The notes beneath the pieces are model-generated. The model was not told the origin of the DNA. It made no database searches and was given only the letters and a program-made list of their open reading frames with translations. Positions 1 through 13,145 of a stretch of 64,000 nt of DNA are shown here, piece after piece (positions within the stretch are counted from its first letter, which is position 1; each line of letters starts with the position of its first letter). Source of the stretch: an uncultured Nitrospiraceae bacterium (GTDB taxonomy: Bacteria > Nitrospirota > Thermodesulfovibrionia > Thermodesulfovibrionales > Dissulfurispiraceae); contig CAVSHF010000003.1 of assembly GCA_963727805.1 (NCBI GenBank), positions 1,696,001 to 1,760,000 of the forward strand, read 5' to 3'. A program made the translations under genes and the position numbers.

Positions 1-622
1 TTTCTACCGTTTCGATGGTCTGATCTGTAAGAAACCGGTCTCGTTTGTCAGAGATATAGTTCTCTTCCACCGGAAAGACTTTGCCATGGGAGGCAATTAT
101 CGGAGCGTTTTCGAGCAGTGCTGCAATCGGGCCGCAGTCGAGTGTCGCGGACATGACTAGTATCTTCAGGTCCGCCCTGAGATTCACGCGAGCATCGAGA
201 CAGAGCGCAAGAGCAAGATCTGCGTGGAGGCTTCGTTCGTGAAATTCGTCGAAGATCACCATCGCAATTCCTTCAAGTGACGGGTCGGCCTGTATACGCC
301 TGGTGAAGATGCCCTCGGTGACTACCTCGATGCGCGTCGCTGCGGAGACCTTGCTATCAAAACGTATCGAGTAACCAACCCTCCTGCCAACCTCTTCGCC
401 GAGAAGATAGGCCATCCAGCGGGCTGCGGAAACGGCGGCAATCCGGCGCGGTTCGAGCATGACAATGCGCCCGTCTTCGCGTATCATCATATCGAGCAAA
501 GCTAGAGGGACACGTGTCGTTTTACCGGCACCGGGTGGCGCATGCAGGATAATTGTCTGATGTTCAATCACTGCCTTTTTCAGTGCAGGGAGCACGTTGT
601 CGATAGGATAGACAGAATGCAT
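1..622 (-). CDS. hrpB: ATP-dependent RNA helicase HrpB, N-terminal part (runs off the window edge)
   Basis: Manual translation: MHSVYPIDNVLPAL...APPGAGKTTRVP (Walker A), LEPRRIAA, VGYSIRFD, VTEGIFTR, FDEFHERSL (DEAH-type box), MSATLD; not in the ORF track because there is no stop in the window. Confidence 0.92.
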   Translation of the reverse strand, partial: MHSVYPIDNVLPALKKAVIEHQTIILHAPPGAGKTTRVPLALLDMMIREDGRIVMLEPRRIAAVSAARWMAYLLGEEVGRRVGYSIRFDSKVSAATRIEVVTEGIFTRRIQADPSLEGIAMVIFDEFHERSLHADLALALCLDARVNLRADLKILVMSATLDCGPIAALLENAPIIASHGKVFPVEENYISDKRDRFLTDQTIETVE

Positions 623-1085
623 AGGTATATTATTATAAATCGCCACGCCATTTGTAAAAAAGACGCGGTAAGTTAGAACAAGAGAATTTTGATATCGTCA
701 GAATACGTAACATCGACCGACCTGACCAGTGTAGAAATGATTCATTTAGATAATATTATATTAAGACCAATTAACAGTTAGATAGCAATAGCATAAACAT
801 ACTGTATTAAAGTCTCTGATTGACACCTCTTCCAGCAAGAGTGCCGCTATTGGCGGGGGAGATTTGGACTTCGGGTTCAAAAAATATGCACTGTGATGTA
901 CTTCCCAAAATAAACGCCTGCCACAAGGCTATGGCTTAACCGAGTGCTTGAACCATAACTTCTTAAAATGATTCAACTTCAGAAGTGTAATGTAGATGTA
1001 ACTTAGCATTCCTTTTCTTGTAACAATTATATGCTACGCTTTTAGAAGGTTTACGGGCACTTTGCTGACCTTTACAAGGAAACAG

Positions 1086-1133
1086 AAAACCCGACTCGAT
1101 CATTAGTATTGGCGCGATCGAGTCGGGTTTTTA
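1086..1133 (+). terminator. Perfect 16-bp hairpin with T-tract in the leader of the repeat-protein gene
   Basis: aaaacccgactcgatc (1086-1101) / gatcgagtcgggtttt (1116-1131), followed by tatt. Confidence 0.7.
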
Positions 1134-1159
1134 TTAAAAGAATCAAAACGGAGGCTTTA

Positions 1160-2101
1160 GTGAAGGAAGTGATTTTATCTTGGACGGCAATGCTGGCATG
1201 CGGACTTTTGATGGGCATAACGTTCTCAGGATCTGCCCATGCTGCCCCTGCCATTGCCAAGATTGGCGTATTTTTAAATGGGGCCTGGTATCTCGATTTA
1301 GACGGCAATGGGTCATGGTATCCGGAACCTGTAGTCAAAATTACCTCCATAAATCACTACCGCGCACACGTAGACACCAGCTATAGTTTCGGAATGGCGG
1401 GAGACATTCCGGTAGCCGGTGACTGGACAGGCGACGGGATGAAAAAGATCGGGGTTTTCAGATCGGGGATATGGTATCTCGACATGAAAGGCGATGGGGT
1501 CTGGGATGGAGGTCTCATCGATAAGGTATATACTTTCGGCACAGCGGGTGACATTCCTGTTGTCGGTGACTGGACTGGTGACGGCAGGGATAAGATTGGA
1601 GTATTCAGAAATGGGACTTGGTATCTCGATATGGACGGCGATGGCGTGTGGCAGCCTTTCCCTTTAGTGAGTTGCCCATCCGTCAGCCCGTGCACATCAC
1701 CTGTAGACACCAGCTATAGTTTCGGTATGGCGGGTGACATTCCAGTAGTCGGTGATTGGACAGGTGATGGTATAACCAAGATCGGCGTTTTCAGATCGGG
1801 GATGTGGTATCTCGATATGGATGGCAATGGCTCATGGAATCCGGAACCATTATGCCAGTGTCCAGCTGGTAGTCCTTGCCTCACTGCAGTCGACGCTGGT
1901 TATGCTTTCGGTATGGCCGGAGACTATCCAGTTGTTGGTGATTGGACAGGTGATGGCAGGGCTAAGATAGGTGTGTATAGAAATGGAGCGTGGTACCTGG
2001 ACACAAATGGCAATTTCAGTTGGGATGGGCCGCAGATAGATCGAGTAATTCCAAATTTCGGAGCTGGACTGCCTTACGTGGTTCCAGTGGTTGTGAACTA
2101 A
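1160..2101 (+). CDS. Secreted FG-GAP/VCBS-like repeat protein (probable beta-propeller)
   Basis: GTG at 1160 after GGAGG; signal peptide ending AHA-A; about 4.5 repeats of FGxxGDIPVxGDWTGDGxxKIGVFRxGxWYLDxDG. Confidence 0.8.
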   Translation: MKEVILSWTAMLACGLLMGITFSGSAHAAPAIAKIGVFLNGAWYLDLDGNGSWYPEPVVKITSINHYRAHVDTSYSFGMAGDIPVAGDWTGDGMKKIGVFRSGIWYLDMKGDGVWDGGLIDKVYTFGTAGDIPVVGDWTGDGRDKIGVFRNGTWYLDMDGDGVWQPFPLVSCPSVSPCTSPVDTSYSFGMAGDIPVVGDWTGDGITKIGVFRSGMWYLDMDGNGSWNPEPLCQCPAGSPCLTAVDAGYAFGMAGDYPVVGDWTGDGRAKIGVYRNGAWYLDTNGNFSWDGPQIDRVIPNFGAGLPYVVPVVVN

Positions 2102-2319
2102 GGCATCGGGAAGCTGAAAAACGCTGATTTGGGCACCTAACAAGCTGGTAGGACACGCATCATCTGAACTCTTGGATGACCCTGCGACAGTTTCTGGTCT
2201 CATTTATAGTTCTTTTTTTGAAGAAGCACATCCGATGTTGGCGACATACTCAAAGCTACGGCGGTTAGCGATTGATGCTATCATTTTATATATCTCAATA
2301 GAATATCAGGAGGCTCAAA

Positions 2320-2619
2320 ATGATTAATAGACATGAGATTGAAAAAATAGCCTATGAACTTTATCAGCGGGATGGCTGTATTGCAGGCTTCGAACTTGAC
2401 CACTGGATCGAGGCGGAAAGCATCTTCCAGTCCAGGCAGGCCGCATTTGCTGAAACAAAACCTTCGAGTTTAAAAAAAGCAGACTCTAAAGTACTAGGCA
2501 AAAAAAAGGTCGCGGCAAAGGGGAGTAAGCCTGTTGTCGAGAGCACGGCATCCCGGACAAGTCAGGTTAAAGTGAAATCGAAAAGGTCCGAAACATCTAA
2601 AAAAGAGGTGGCGCTGTAG
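2320..2619 (+). CDS. DUF2934-domain protein with a basic tail
   Basis: AGGAGG RBS; IEKIAYELYQRDG...ELDHWIEAE pattern; Lys-rich C-terminus. Confidence 0.8.
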   Translation: MINRHEIEKIAYELYQRDGCIAGFELDHWIEAESIFQSRQAAFAETKPSSLKKADSKVLGKKKVAAKGSKPVVESTASRTSQVKVKSKRSETSKKEVAL

Positions 2620-3171
2620 CAGATATTCAGGCTCGACCGGTTCACTAGATCTAATACTGGCGATCGACATTGATGTATATCGCCTTACTGTTCGTTTAGG
2701 CCCTCAGTAAACTCGCTAGGGAGACAGCGTATCTGCTGATATCATGCTCTCCGGTTATTCAGTTCAGATTCTTCTGTTTGTATAGTTCCAGGCATAAGTC
2801 GGCGTATATTAGCCGGGTTGCCTTCCTTAGCTGAAATACTGACTGAAGGCTAGAGAAGGAATGGCTTACGTAATCGGCAAGGTATATGTTTATATACTAT
2901 TTGTAGCTACACTTTAATCAAACATTGGCATCATAAGTATTTGTATGCTGTCCGACAGATAATAAGGATGACAAGCGCTGAGCAACCTATCAGCTAGGAG
3001 GAAAGTCATGGCACCTCCCGTGTGATAGGGTGTTTGCACTGGAAATCAAACATTATAACCTTCAGGAGCTTCTTGGTTCCCTTATGTCTAATGGAAATAA
3101 GTATATATTTGAAGTATGCGTTCTGAAAAGCGTGCTAACCATTTAGTACGGCCAGCAAACTACCGGGGGCA

Positions 3172-4263
3172 ATGATGCTCGAATTCATCCGTTCATCCTA
3201 TTTTCAGGAGCTGTTGAACAGTCTTTCTCTTGGCATTGTGATCTTCAATGCCGGCGGTACCGTCTACGCGATTAACAACTCAGCATTGTCGCTTCTCGGG
3301 CTTTCACTGGATACCCATGTCGGCATCGAATGGACGCAATTGGTTGACGACTTTGAAGAGAAAGAAGCACTTCACACTATGGTAAGGGTTGCTGCTGAGC
3401 ACATTCAACCTTTACTCGCACCTGTGACTACGCGGCTTGCGAGACAGGACGGACAGTTCCTGCATGTTACGGTTTCCGCTTCCCCGCTTCTGTATTACAA
3501 CAAGCTGTTTGGCATTGTCCTGCAACTAAACGACGTTACGGCTTTGTATACATCCCATGAGAGAGAGCGGAGAACGCTCGAAGAGCGGAACCTCATGCAA
3601 CAGGATCGTTACGAAAGCCTGCAGAAAATGTCTATGTCTGTGGCCCATCAGCTTCGGAACCCAATCACAACTATCGGCGGTATGGCACATCTTCTCGTAA
3701 AAGGGTGCACACTCTCACCCGACCTGCTGGAATATTGTGATGCGATAATTACTTCGATGCATCGTCTAGAAGCGGTTGTAACAGCCGTTTATGAGTATAG
3801 TGCGCTGATGGTGACAGATCGTAAAGCCACAGGCATCGACAACCTTATTCATAGTGCAAGGCAGATGTCAGCTAGGAGGGTCCCCGAACTTGTGGCCAAA
3901 GCAGAATGGGACGTGGAAGTGGAGCCATATCAGCTTGTCACAGATCCTTTGCTGCTGTCAAAAGCGCTCTGCGAAATATTCGTAAATTCGCTTGAAGCTC
4001 TCCGCGCCGGCGACGGGACACTAACAGTGCGTGTTATGGCAGATGATATGACCTGTTGGATCGAGATTTCAGACAACGGACGTGGCATACCAGCCTCTGA
4101 CCTCCCCTTCATCTTCGATCCTTTCTTCACCAGAAAGACAGTAGGTGTAGGCATGGGACTTTGCAAAGCGCAACGTATAGTGCAGGATCTAGGCGGCCAC
4201 ATAGGGGTAAAAAGCATTGAGGGCGTGGGCACTACCGTCTCGCTGGCGTTTGGCCATAGGTAA
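3172..4263 (+). CDS. Cytoplasmic PAS-domain sensor histidine kinase
   Basis: N-terminal PAS-like region; H-box VAHQLRNPIT, N-box IFVNSLEA, DNGRGI, IFDPFFT, GVGMGL. Confidence 0.92.
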   Translation: MMLEFIRSSYFQELLNSLSLGIVIFNAGGTVYAINNSALSLLGLSLDTHVGIEWTQLVDDFEEKEALHTMVRVAAEHIQPLLAPVTTRLARQDGQFLHVTVSASPLLYYNKLFGIVLQLNDVTALYTSHERERRTLEERNLMQQDRYESLQKMSMSVAHQLRNPITTIGGMAHLLVKGCTLSPDLLEYCDAIITSMHRLEAVVTAVYEYSALMVTDRKATGIDNLIHSARQMSARRVPELVAKAEWDVEVEPYQLVTDPLLLSKALCEIFVNSLEALRAGDGTLTVRVMADDMTCWIEISDNGRGIPASDLPFIFDPFFTRKTVGVGMGLCKAQRIVQDLGGHIGVKSIEGVGTTVSLAFGHR

Positions 4264-4611
4264 GATGTGCTATATCCTCCCCCCATTAACCCGATTCAGA
4301 TGTTTAGAAACATCCTGGACTCGAGTACTATATAGAACCCGAGAGGCCAGCCTTAGCGATAGCTTGCACTCTCTTTCAGTCAGTACCTCTCAGCGGTACG
4401 TTCTCGATACCGCCGAGAAATCAACCGAGCGAGCTACTCTCTCCGGTTGTTTGTTCTCACTAATAAGCAAGATTTTCAGGAAACAGAAGGGCCGATACTT
4501 ACTGTCTACAATCTTGAACGGTCCTCGTGGTCAAGGTATACATCTTCCACGTTGAAGTCCTGATTCCGACGACCATCTCAGAAATGATAATGAGCAAAAT
4601 GATTCGCTCCA

Positions 4612-5055
4612 TCACACGCGTAGAACGCTATAGATCATTTCAATCCGGAACGGCTTTCTGATGTATCCACAAATGCTCAAAGCACCCAATTTCTTCTTAA
4701 TTGTGGAAGGATCTTCTTCCGACATGACGAATATCCGAGTGGCAGGATAATATATTTTTGTATAGCCCACAAGGTCAAAGTTGGCAATAACGGGGAGGTT
4801 AAGAGCAGTTAGCAAGATGTTCACTGAAGAGGTTTTTAGAACTTTTAAAGCATCCCTGCCGTTTTGGGCCATGCAAATATTATATTGCTTTGCGCAAATG
4901 GCGAAACTCTGCGAGAGCTGATTCAGCACATCACCGTCTTCATCTACAATAAGAATACTTCGGGTATCGCAAGATACGCTTATTCCCCTCTGCGTATCAA
5001 AGAAATTAACCGATTGATTAACTGATGGCCTTCCTTTTACGTTTGCGCCGACCAT
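4612..5055 (-). CDS. Stand-alone response-regulator receiver, atypical (no phosphoacceptor Asp)
   Basis: ILIVDED, AQNGRDAL, LLTALNLP, VMS, YIRKPF; ATG at 5055 follows GGGAGG. Confidence 0.8.
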   Translation of the reverse strand: MVGANVKGRPSVNQSVNFFDTQRGISVSCDTRSILIVDEDGDVLNQLSQSFAICAKQYNICMAQNGRDALKVLKTSSVNILLTALNLPVIANFDLVGYTKIYYPATRIFVMSEEDPSTIKKKLGALSICGYIRKPFRIEMIYSVLRV

Positions 5056-5498
5056 CCAACCTCCCATTGCTTAGACAATAAAGTATTTGTCATCGCCTCG
5101 GACTAAGATATATTAGTTTCCCAATATGCTATTAGTCTAAATGCTAACAGGTCTACGTTACACAATTCTTACAACAGTATGAATACAATGTTAAATCTCG
5201 CTAAAGTGTCGGAGCTTTTGTTAGCGGCTGACCTTAACAGCTATTGAAGGACACTTAGAAACAGCTAGTCGTTATATCTTCATTGACTGTCCCGGGGTTG
5301 ACTTGAGGGAAAAGAGGATAATGACTGTTTGGCGGTTTTTTCGTTAATCCTCACTGTCGGTTGCAACTATCAGAAGGTCAATTCGTGATACAATTTGAGC
5401 AAAAGGATAAAAGGATAATAAGCGGAATATGCCGTTCATGCCGGGCTACCAGTGTAAAATAAAAGCTTAATTCTGCTCTTCCAAAGGAGGTACTATAC

Positions 5499-5615
5499 AT
5501 GACACCCCAAAAATCAGCTAGGGAACGATTGGCAACAATTGGTTCTTGGGTGCTCGGGATCGCAATTATCCTCGGCTTGGCTGCAGTGTTTGGCTTATTT
5601 ATTGGGCACCAGTGA
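5499..5615 (+). CDS. 38-aa single-pass membrane peptide
   Basis: AAAGGAGG 8 nt before ATG; MTPQKSARERLATIGSWVLGIAIILGLAAVFGLFIGHQ; below the ORF-track cutoff. Confidence 0.6.
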   Translation: MTPQKSARERLATIGSWVLGIAIILGLAAVFGLFIGHQ

Positions 5616-6044
5616 TAATCATGGTAGTATCATGACAAATCGTTTCAAGTGATGTGCCCAAAGGGGCATCAAGAAGGATCTTGCTCAATAGGTGCAAAAT
5701 AGAGCTGTTTGTCGCACTGGTTTTTGTTTGAAATAAAACGACTCGAGGTGTCGCGTACAGTCAAAATTCCGAGTAAGTGTCGTTAAGGTGCAATGTCGCT
5801 TTTCTCGATTATGAATACACGATCGGCCAGCCTCGGTGATAGCTACACTCATTTTCAGTCGGTAATGCTCATGGGTAGGTTCTCGAGATCACCAAAGTAA
5901 CCATCGAAGTCGCAGTGCTGTGATAATTCCCCGAAAAATAATCTCGATTGGGCAGCGAGCCGAGATGTCCTTCCTGAAGCAACGCAAAAGCATACTATTT
6001 TTTTACTAATTTTGTACCTTTCGAGGATCTTGTCTGACTAGTGC

Positions 6045-7064
6045 TTAACAAAGCGAGGCTGCAGGTAACCCCGCTTCAATAGTTTTCACTATGCTGCTGG
6101 CAAACTCTGCCTCCGGAATGTCTGGCCTAAAGGTAATGATTACAGAAGCCGCACTGATGCTGATACGAATGCTTCTGACGTTCTCCACTGACTCTATGAG
6201 CGATTGCAGACGATTTGCGTAAGCCTGATTTGTCTTTAAACGCGGTACCACCAAACGGATGCGGCCCCGAGTCTGGTGGACGATTCTAGCAATATTTGAC
6301 TGCGATGTGAACCCAGCATAAGCTCCTCTGAGACTTGCTTTGCTAAGTCCCCCGATGGAAACACGGAACCCCTCCTTGTTTTCAAGGTATGCGAGCAAGT
6401 CTACGAGGAGATTCTGCAAGACTGACAATCGTTCATGTCCCTTCAGAGCTTCCGCCTTATCAGCACTGTCGATGGCCGCAAGCGTACAACAAACGGCCTT
6501 GCTCTGATACAACGGAGCGTGTTTATTTTTCTTGTCTCTAATCTCCTCCTCGAACTGAAATAGCGGGATAGACTCGAATACCGGAAGAACGGCTGTGACC
6601 TCCCCTATACGCCTTACCACTGCATCACCCAGAGAACTTCTCTCGTCGATGCTGAAGCGGAAGGCATCACCCGGGAAACGGCTGCGGCTTTCGAAGGTTT
6701 CCCCAATCTTTCTGATCAGTCCAATCACTGCGGGATCCTTAGTGTAAGGGCCGTACCGAAAATTATGATGCGCCCAGCCAAAATATTGACTCAATCGGTA
6801 GAGAATTTCAATTGCAGCTGGCGAACCAAATTTATACTGATCCGGATACTCTTTCTTATAACAGGCCAGTTCGTCTTCCTCGAGAATACTAAAAAGCTGT
6901 GCCTGCAACTCATTTATAGCTAGAAGGAAAGGATTCACGTATAGAGCAGCCTCTTGGTCGCGTTTGAGCTGCCTTTGCGCCTGCTGTTCAGCGCTCCATG
7001 TTAATACAGACCAGACTGTTGCAGCCAATGCTGACAAAACGGAAAGAATTTGCGCTGGGTTCAT
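6045..7064 (-). CDS. Membrane-anchored hypothetical protein with a C-terminal HMA_2-like domain
   Basis: AGGAGG RBS; N-terminal hydrophobic helix; C-terminal RIVHQTRGRIRLVVPRL...VRSIRISISAASVII. Confidence 0.7.
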   Translation of the reverse strand: MNPAQILSVLSALAATVWSVLTWSAEQQAQRQLKRDQEAALYVNPFLLAINELQAQLFSILEEDELACYKKEYPDQYKFGSPAAIEILYRLSQYFGWAHHNFRYGPYTKDPAVIGLIRKIGETFESRSRFPGDAFRFSIDERSSLGDAVVRRIGEVTAVLPVFESIPLFQFEEEIRDKKNKHAPLYQSKAVCCTLAAIDSADKAEALKGHERLSVLQNLLVDLLAYLENKEGFRVSIGGLSKASLRGAYAGFTSQSNIARIVHQTRGRIRLVVPRLKTNQAYANRLQSLIESVENVRSIRISISAASVIITFRPDIPEAEFASSIVKTIEAGLPAASLC

Positions 7065-7501
7065 GCCCGTCCTCCTACATGAGAGGTGATAAATCGAATG
7101 TTATTTTATAGATATCATAATCGGCGAGCTTTTGCAATTGCTCATGTGGATTTTCTGCAGATATTATTGCGTGCAGTTCTGTAAAATAATACTGAACATG
7201 AATGCTCATCGACATCAGCACACGATAGGCAAGTCATCGGCGATAATGCGCCCGCTTCAACTTGTCCTTCCCCGAGTTGATGGACTCAACTGAAACTTTG
7301 TATTTTGACAGAGGAGGTGTGCGTGTGTGGAAAGGTCAACTAGTAATTCTCACAGGTGGGTTTCTCGAGACCATCCTACTATATGCACATGATCGATAAA
7401 ATTGATTTCTGTAAAAATAACCCGTTGAGATGTGCCGCTCAATGGGTGCGTTTAAAGGTTGATTTCGGTACTCTCAAGTTAATATAGAAAAAAGAGAAAA
7501 G

Positions 7502-8245
7502 ATGGAAGAAAAGGTAGCAAATATTATTCTAGCTGCCGCTAAACTGCCCGGGTATAAAATTCATCCATATGAAACCTATGCCAGGTTAAATATCTTTGGT
7601 ATTAATGATATTAATCACCCAAAAGATTTATTTAAGGCTGACGTTCGAATGCTAACAGCAGCGGCAAAGTCTTTTGCTAAGACACACTACAGAAAGCTGG
7701 GGGCCATTGGATTTGGAACAGGATTGCCAGGTGGCCCCTGGGGTGCGGCTGCCGGTGTGACTATTGACTTGGAAGAATATTTAAGGCGAGTTTTCCTTAT
7801 GACTCAAGAAATTGGACATGTTTACGGTGTAATTCCACCAGCATTTGTGGATAACGTAAATAAAAACACAGACGAATATTTTGCTGAGGTACAAGCAGAA
7901 ATATTGAAAGCTATTATGATTGGCCTGGGCATTAGTGGGGTTTCGATGACGATTACTGAAATTGCAAAGTTAATTGCCACGAAAGAAACAAAGGAAATTA
8001 TAGCACAAAAGATATCCAATCAAATAATAACATGGTTAGTAAAACAAATTGCTAGAAGGTTAGGAATTCAGTTAACTAAACGTCAAATAAGCCAGGGGGT
8101 TTTGAGATTCATACCTATCTGGGGTGGATTCATAAATGCTGCATTTTGTTATAAGAGCATGCAACTTATTGGGAATAATCTGATTAATGCTTTTGAAATG
8201 GAGCATAATAGTGTTAGGGAAACAGTTCTTAAATACTGGCAGTAG
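7502..8245 (+). CDS. EcsC-like hypothetical protein (AT-rich)
   Basis: GFGTGLPGG, QEIGHVYG, LRFIPIWGGFI resemble the EcsC family; 247-aa ORF. Confidence 0.6.
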   Translation: MEEKVANIILAAAKLPGYKIHPYETYARLNIFGINDINHPKDLFKADVRMLTAAAKSFAKTHYRKLGAIGFGTGLPGGPWGAAAGVTIDLEEYLRRVFLMTQEIGHVYGVIPPAFVDNVNKNTDEYFAEVQAEILKAIMIGLGISGVSMTITEIAKLIATKETKEIIAQKISNQIITWLVKQIARRLGIQLTKRQISQGVLRFIPIWGGFINAAFCYKSMQLIGNNLINAFEMEHNSVRETVLKYWQ

Positions 8246-8401
8246 CTCCATTCATCTAAAACAATAGGCACAAACGAAGAAGACTGTGTGATCGACTTCA
8301 TTGCCGATGGCATGAAAAGAATTCGCTGTTGACTGAGCCGCTGACTGATCTTTCCTGCGGCAAAAAAGAAAGGGAATATTTTAAAGCTGCTCTTGTTTTT
8401 C

Positions 8402-8431
8402 TTGACAAAACATGCTCTTTAGGATTAAATT
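8402..8431 (+). promoter_or_regulatory. sigma70-type promoter
   Basis: TTGACA at 8402-8407, 17-18 nt spacer, TTAAAT/TAAATT. Confidence 0.55.
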
Positions 8432-8580
8432 GAGAAGTTTAAAGCGCTTCCCCGGTCACCTCCGATATTAATCCGGACGTACCAATCACGGGAGAATTGG
8501 AACAAATGACACCATGTCCGAGGACATGCACTAATAAGGTTGCGCTTGGGCAAAGTATTTATTGAAAAGGAGGGATTATC

Positions 8581-8739
8581 ATGGCAGAGAAAGCAAGATC
8601 CAAGACTGACGTGTCCGCAAGGGCCGAGGCTAAGAACAAGGTGTCCAGTTGCCGTTATTGCGGCAAGAAAGTCGACGTTGTCCTGGCTGTTTCGCCGTCT
8701 GGGAAAAAGAGAGTTAAACGCGTCTGCTGCGAAGGCTGA
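8581..8739 (+). CDS. 52-aa basic protein with CxxC...CC (possible Zn ribbon)
   Basis: AAGGAGG RBS; MAEKARSKTDVSARAEAKNKVSSCRYCGKKVDVVLAVSPSGKKRVKRVCCEG; hairpin follows at about 8743-8780. Confidence 0.7.
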   Translation: MAEKARSKTDVSARAEAKNKVSSCRYCGKKVDVVLAVSPSGKKRVKRVCCEG

Positions 8740-8874
8740 CCTGATGACGCCGGTGCAGAACCCTTGACGCCGGCGTCATTTATTTACTCATCAATTCATA
8801 CCTGCTTCGGTCTAATCTATCCTATTCCCACTTCTCGATTGAATAATTTTAGTGTGAGCCAACAAGATTTCTTT

Positions 8875-9207
8875 TTAAAAATCAGGAAACATCTTTAGAT
8901 TAAGGCGATTGCCATCTTCGCTTGTTGACCGAGCGGTCAATATCCCGCCCTCGACATATGCGAGATCGAACCCCTTAAATCCTCGAGTGATTAGACCCTT
9001 GGCATCAGCGGGGCATCCGCGTTCACAGCCGACTGTACCCTTGATCATTTCCGAAATAAGCCCTCTCACATCTGAAGTGGCAACACTGGTCCCCTTTGAG
9101 AGGGCAAGTAGTTCAATCCGCGCGATTATGTCATCAAGATCGGGTCGAAAGGGCTGATCAATCGGTATTGTTACAGAAGCACCATCAATAATTACTTCAA
9201 AGACCAT
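8875..9207 (-). CDS. Hypothetical protein (CxxxCP motif)
   Basis: GGGAGG RBS, 110 aa, GCERGCPADAK. Confidence 0.7.
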   Translation of the reverse strand: MVFEVIIDGASVTIPIDQPFRPDLDDIIARIELLALSKGTSVATSDVRGLISEMIKGTVGCERGCPADAKGLITRGFKGFDLAYVEGGILTARSTSEDGNRLNLKMFPDF

Positions 9208-9875
9208 ACCAACCTCCCATTAGGCAACCTTCACACCACAGTTAGGATACCTTATGAATCCTCCCTATAAGACGTTGCAGGATGTTTGATTCTTAGCACC
9301 TTACTGTCTATTATACTGATAGCGCGTCTATAAATCTTTAATAAGCTCTGCTTACGGCGCAATGTCTTCATCTGTTTTTCCCGTAATGCAGACACGTCCC
9401 TCCCAAGTAATGCCACAGATGCCAGGCAGCAATATGTGGGCGTACTTTACACATCGGCATTTCTGTAAAGAGCTTACAAATCTAATCTTATCACGATCTC
9501 AAATTATTTTGAGAATTGTGTCTTTTTGTCATTCGCAGTCATTCAGGCCTACTGTCAGTATAGGTCAGTCCTTTACCTGTGCTTTTCTAGGCGTCCTTCC
9601 GCTCAATCATAAACTTGTTGCCCAGATAACAGAAGGAACCCATCCAATTCTCCATACGGTATTCCTGCAAGTCTCTAGGGGATGCCATATATATATTAGG
9701 AGGGCCGTGATGTTGGAGTCGATGTATTGCTACGTTACTTTCACAAACTGCATGACTTGGATATCTCATGCCTGTTATTTGTAATTACCTAGATTGGTCA
9801 ACCCCAGGGGGCAGGCAAGCCATCCTCCACCCCGCGATAGGGGACTCCGGGCCCTTGGGGAGTTCTCTCATTCAT

Positions 9876-9913
9876 AAAAAAAGAGGGCTTAGGAATTACC
9901 CAAGCCCTCTTTT
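9876..9913 (-). terminator. Intrinsic terminator of the rRNA operon
   Basis: aaaagagggctt...aagccctctttt hairpin with a U-tract on the minus strand, just past 5S. Confidence 0.85.
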
Positions 9914-9923
9914 CAATTTTTAA

Positions 9924-10040
<117 letters not shown>

Positions 10041-10140
10041 ACTTTATTTCCGATTGAGTTTATTTTAACATTAACTGCGTCAAGAATGCAATAAATATTC
10101 TTTAAAATTATTTGACGAACAAGGGGGGAGGGAAGTTAAA

Positions 10141-13060
<2,920 letters not shown>

Positions 13061-13145
13061 TTACTTTACTTCTTTCTCTTCCCCTTGTTTGTCAAAGATC
13101 AAATTCAAAGACTCAAAGCATTCGCTTTGAGTCTGGAATTTTAAT

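Noticed and set aside
2780..2823. AGCCGGGTTGCC, like the 3' end of a c-di-GMP-I riboswitch (similar stretch near 5440)
   Set aside because: The GGCAAA/GNRA P2 and GACGCAAAG elements are missing upstream
8540..8767. 75-aa ORF-track call
   Set aside because: The overlapping frame at 8581 has a strong RBS and a coherent Cys motif and is preferred
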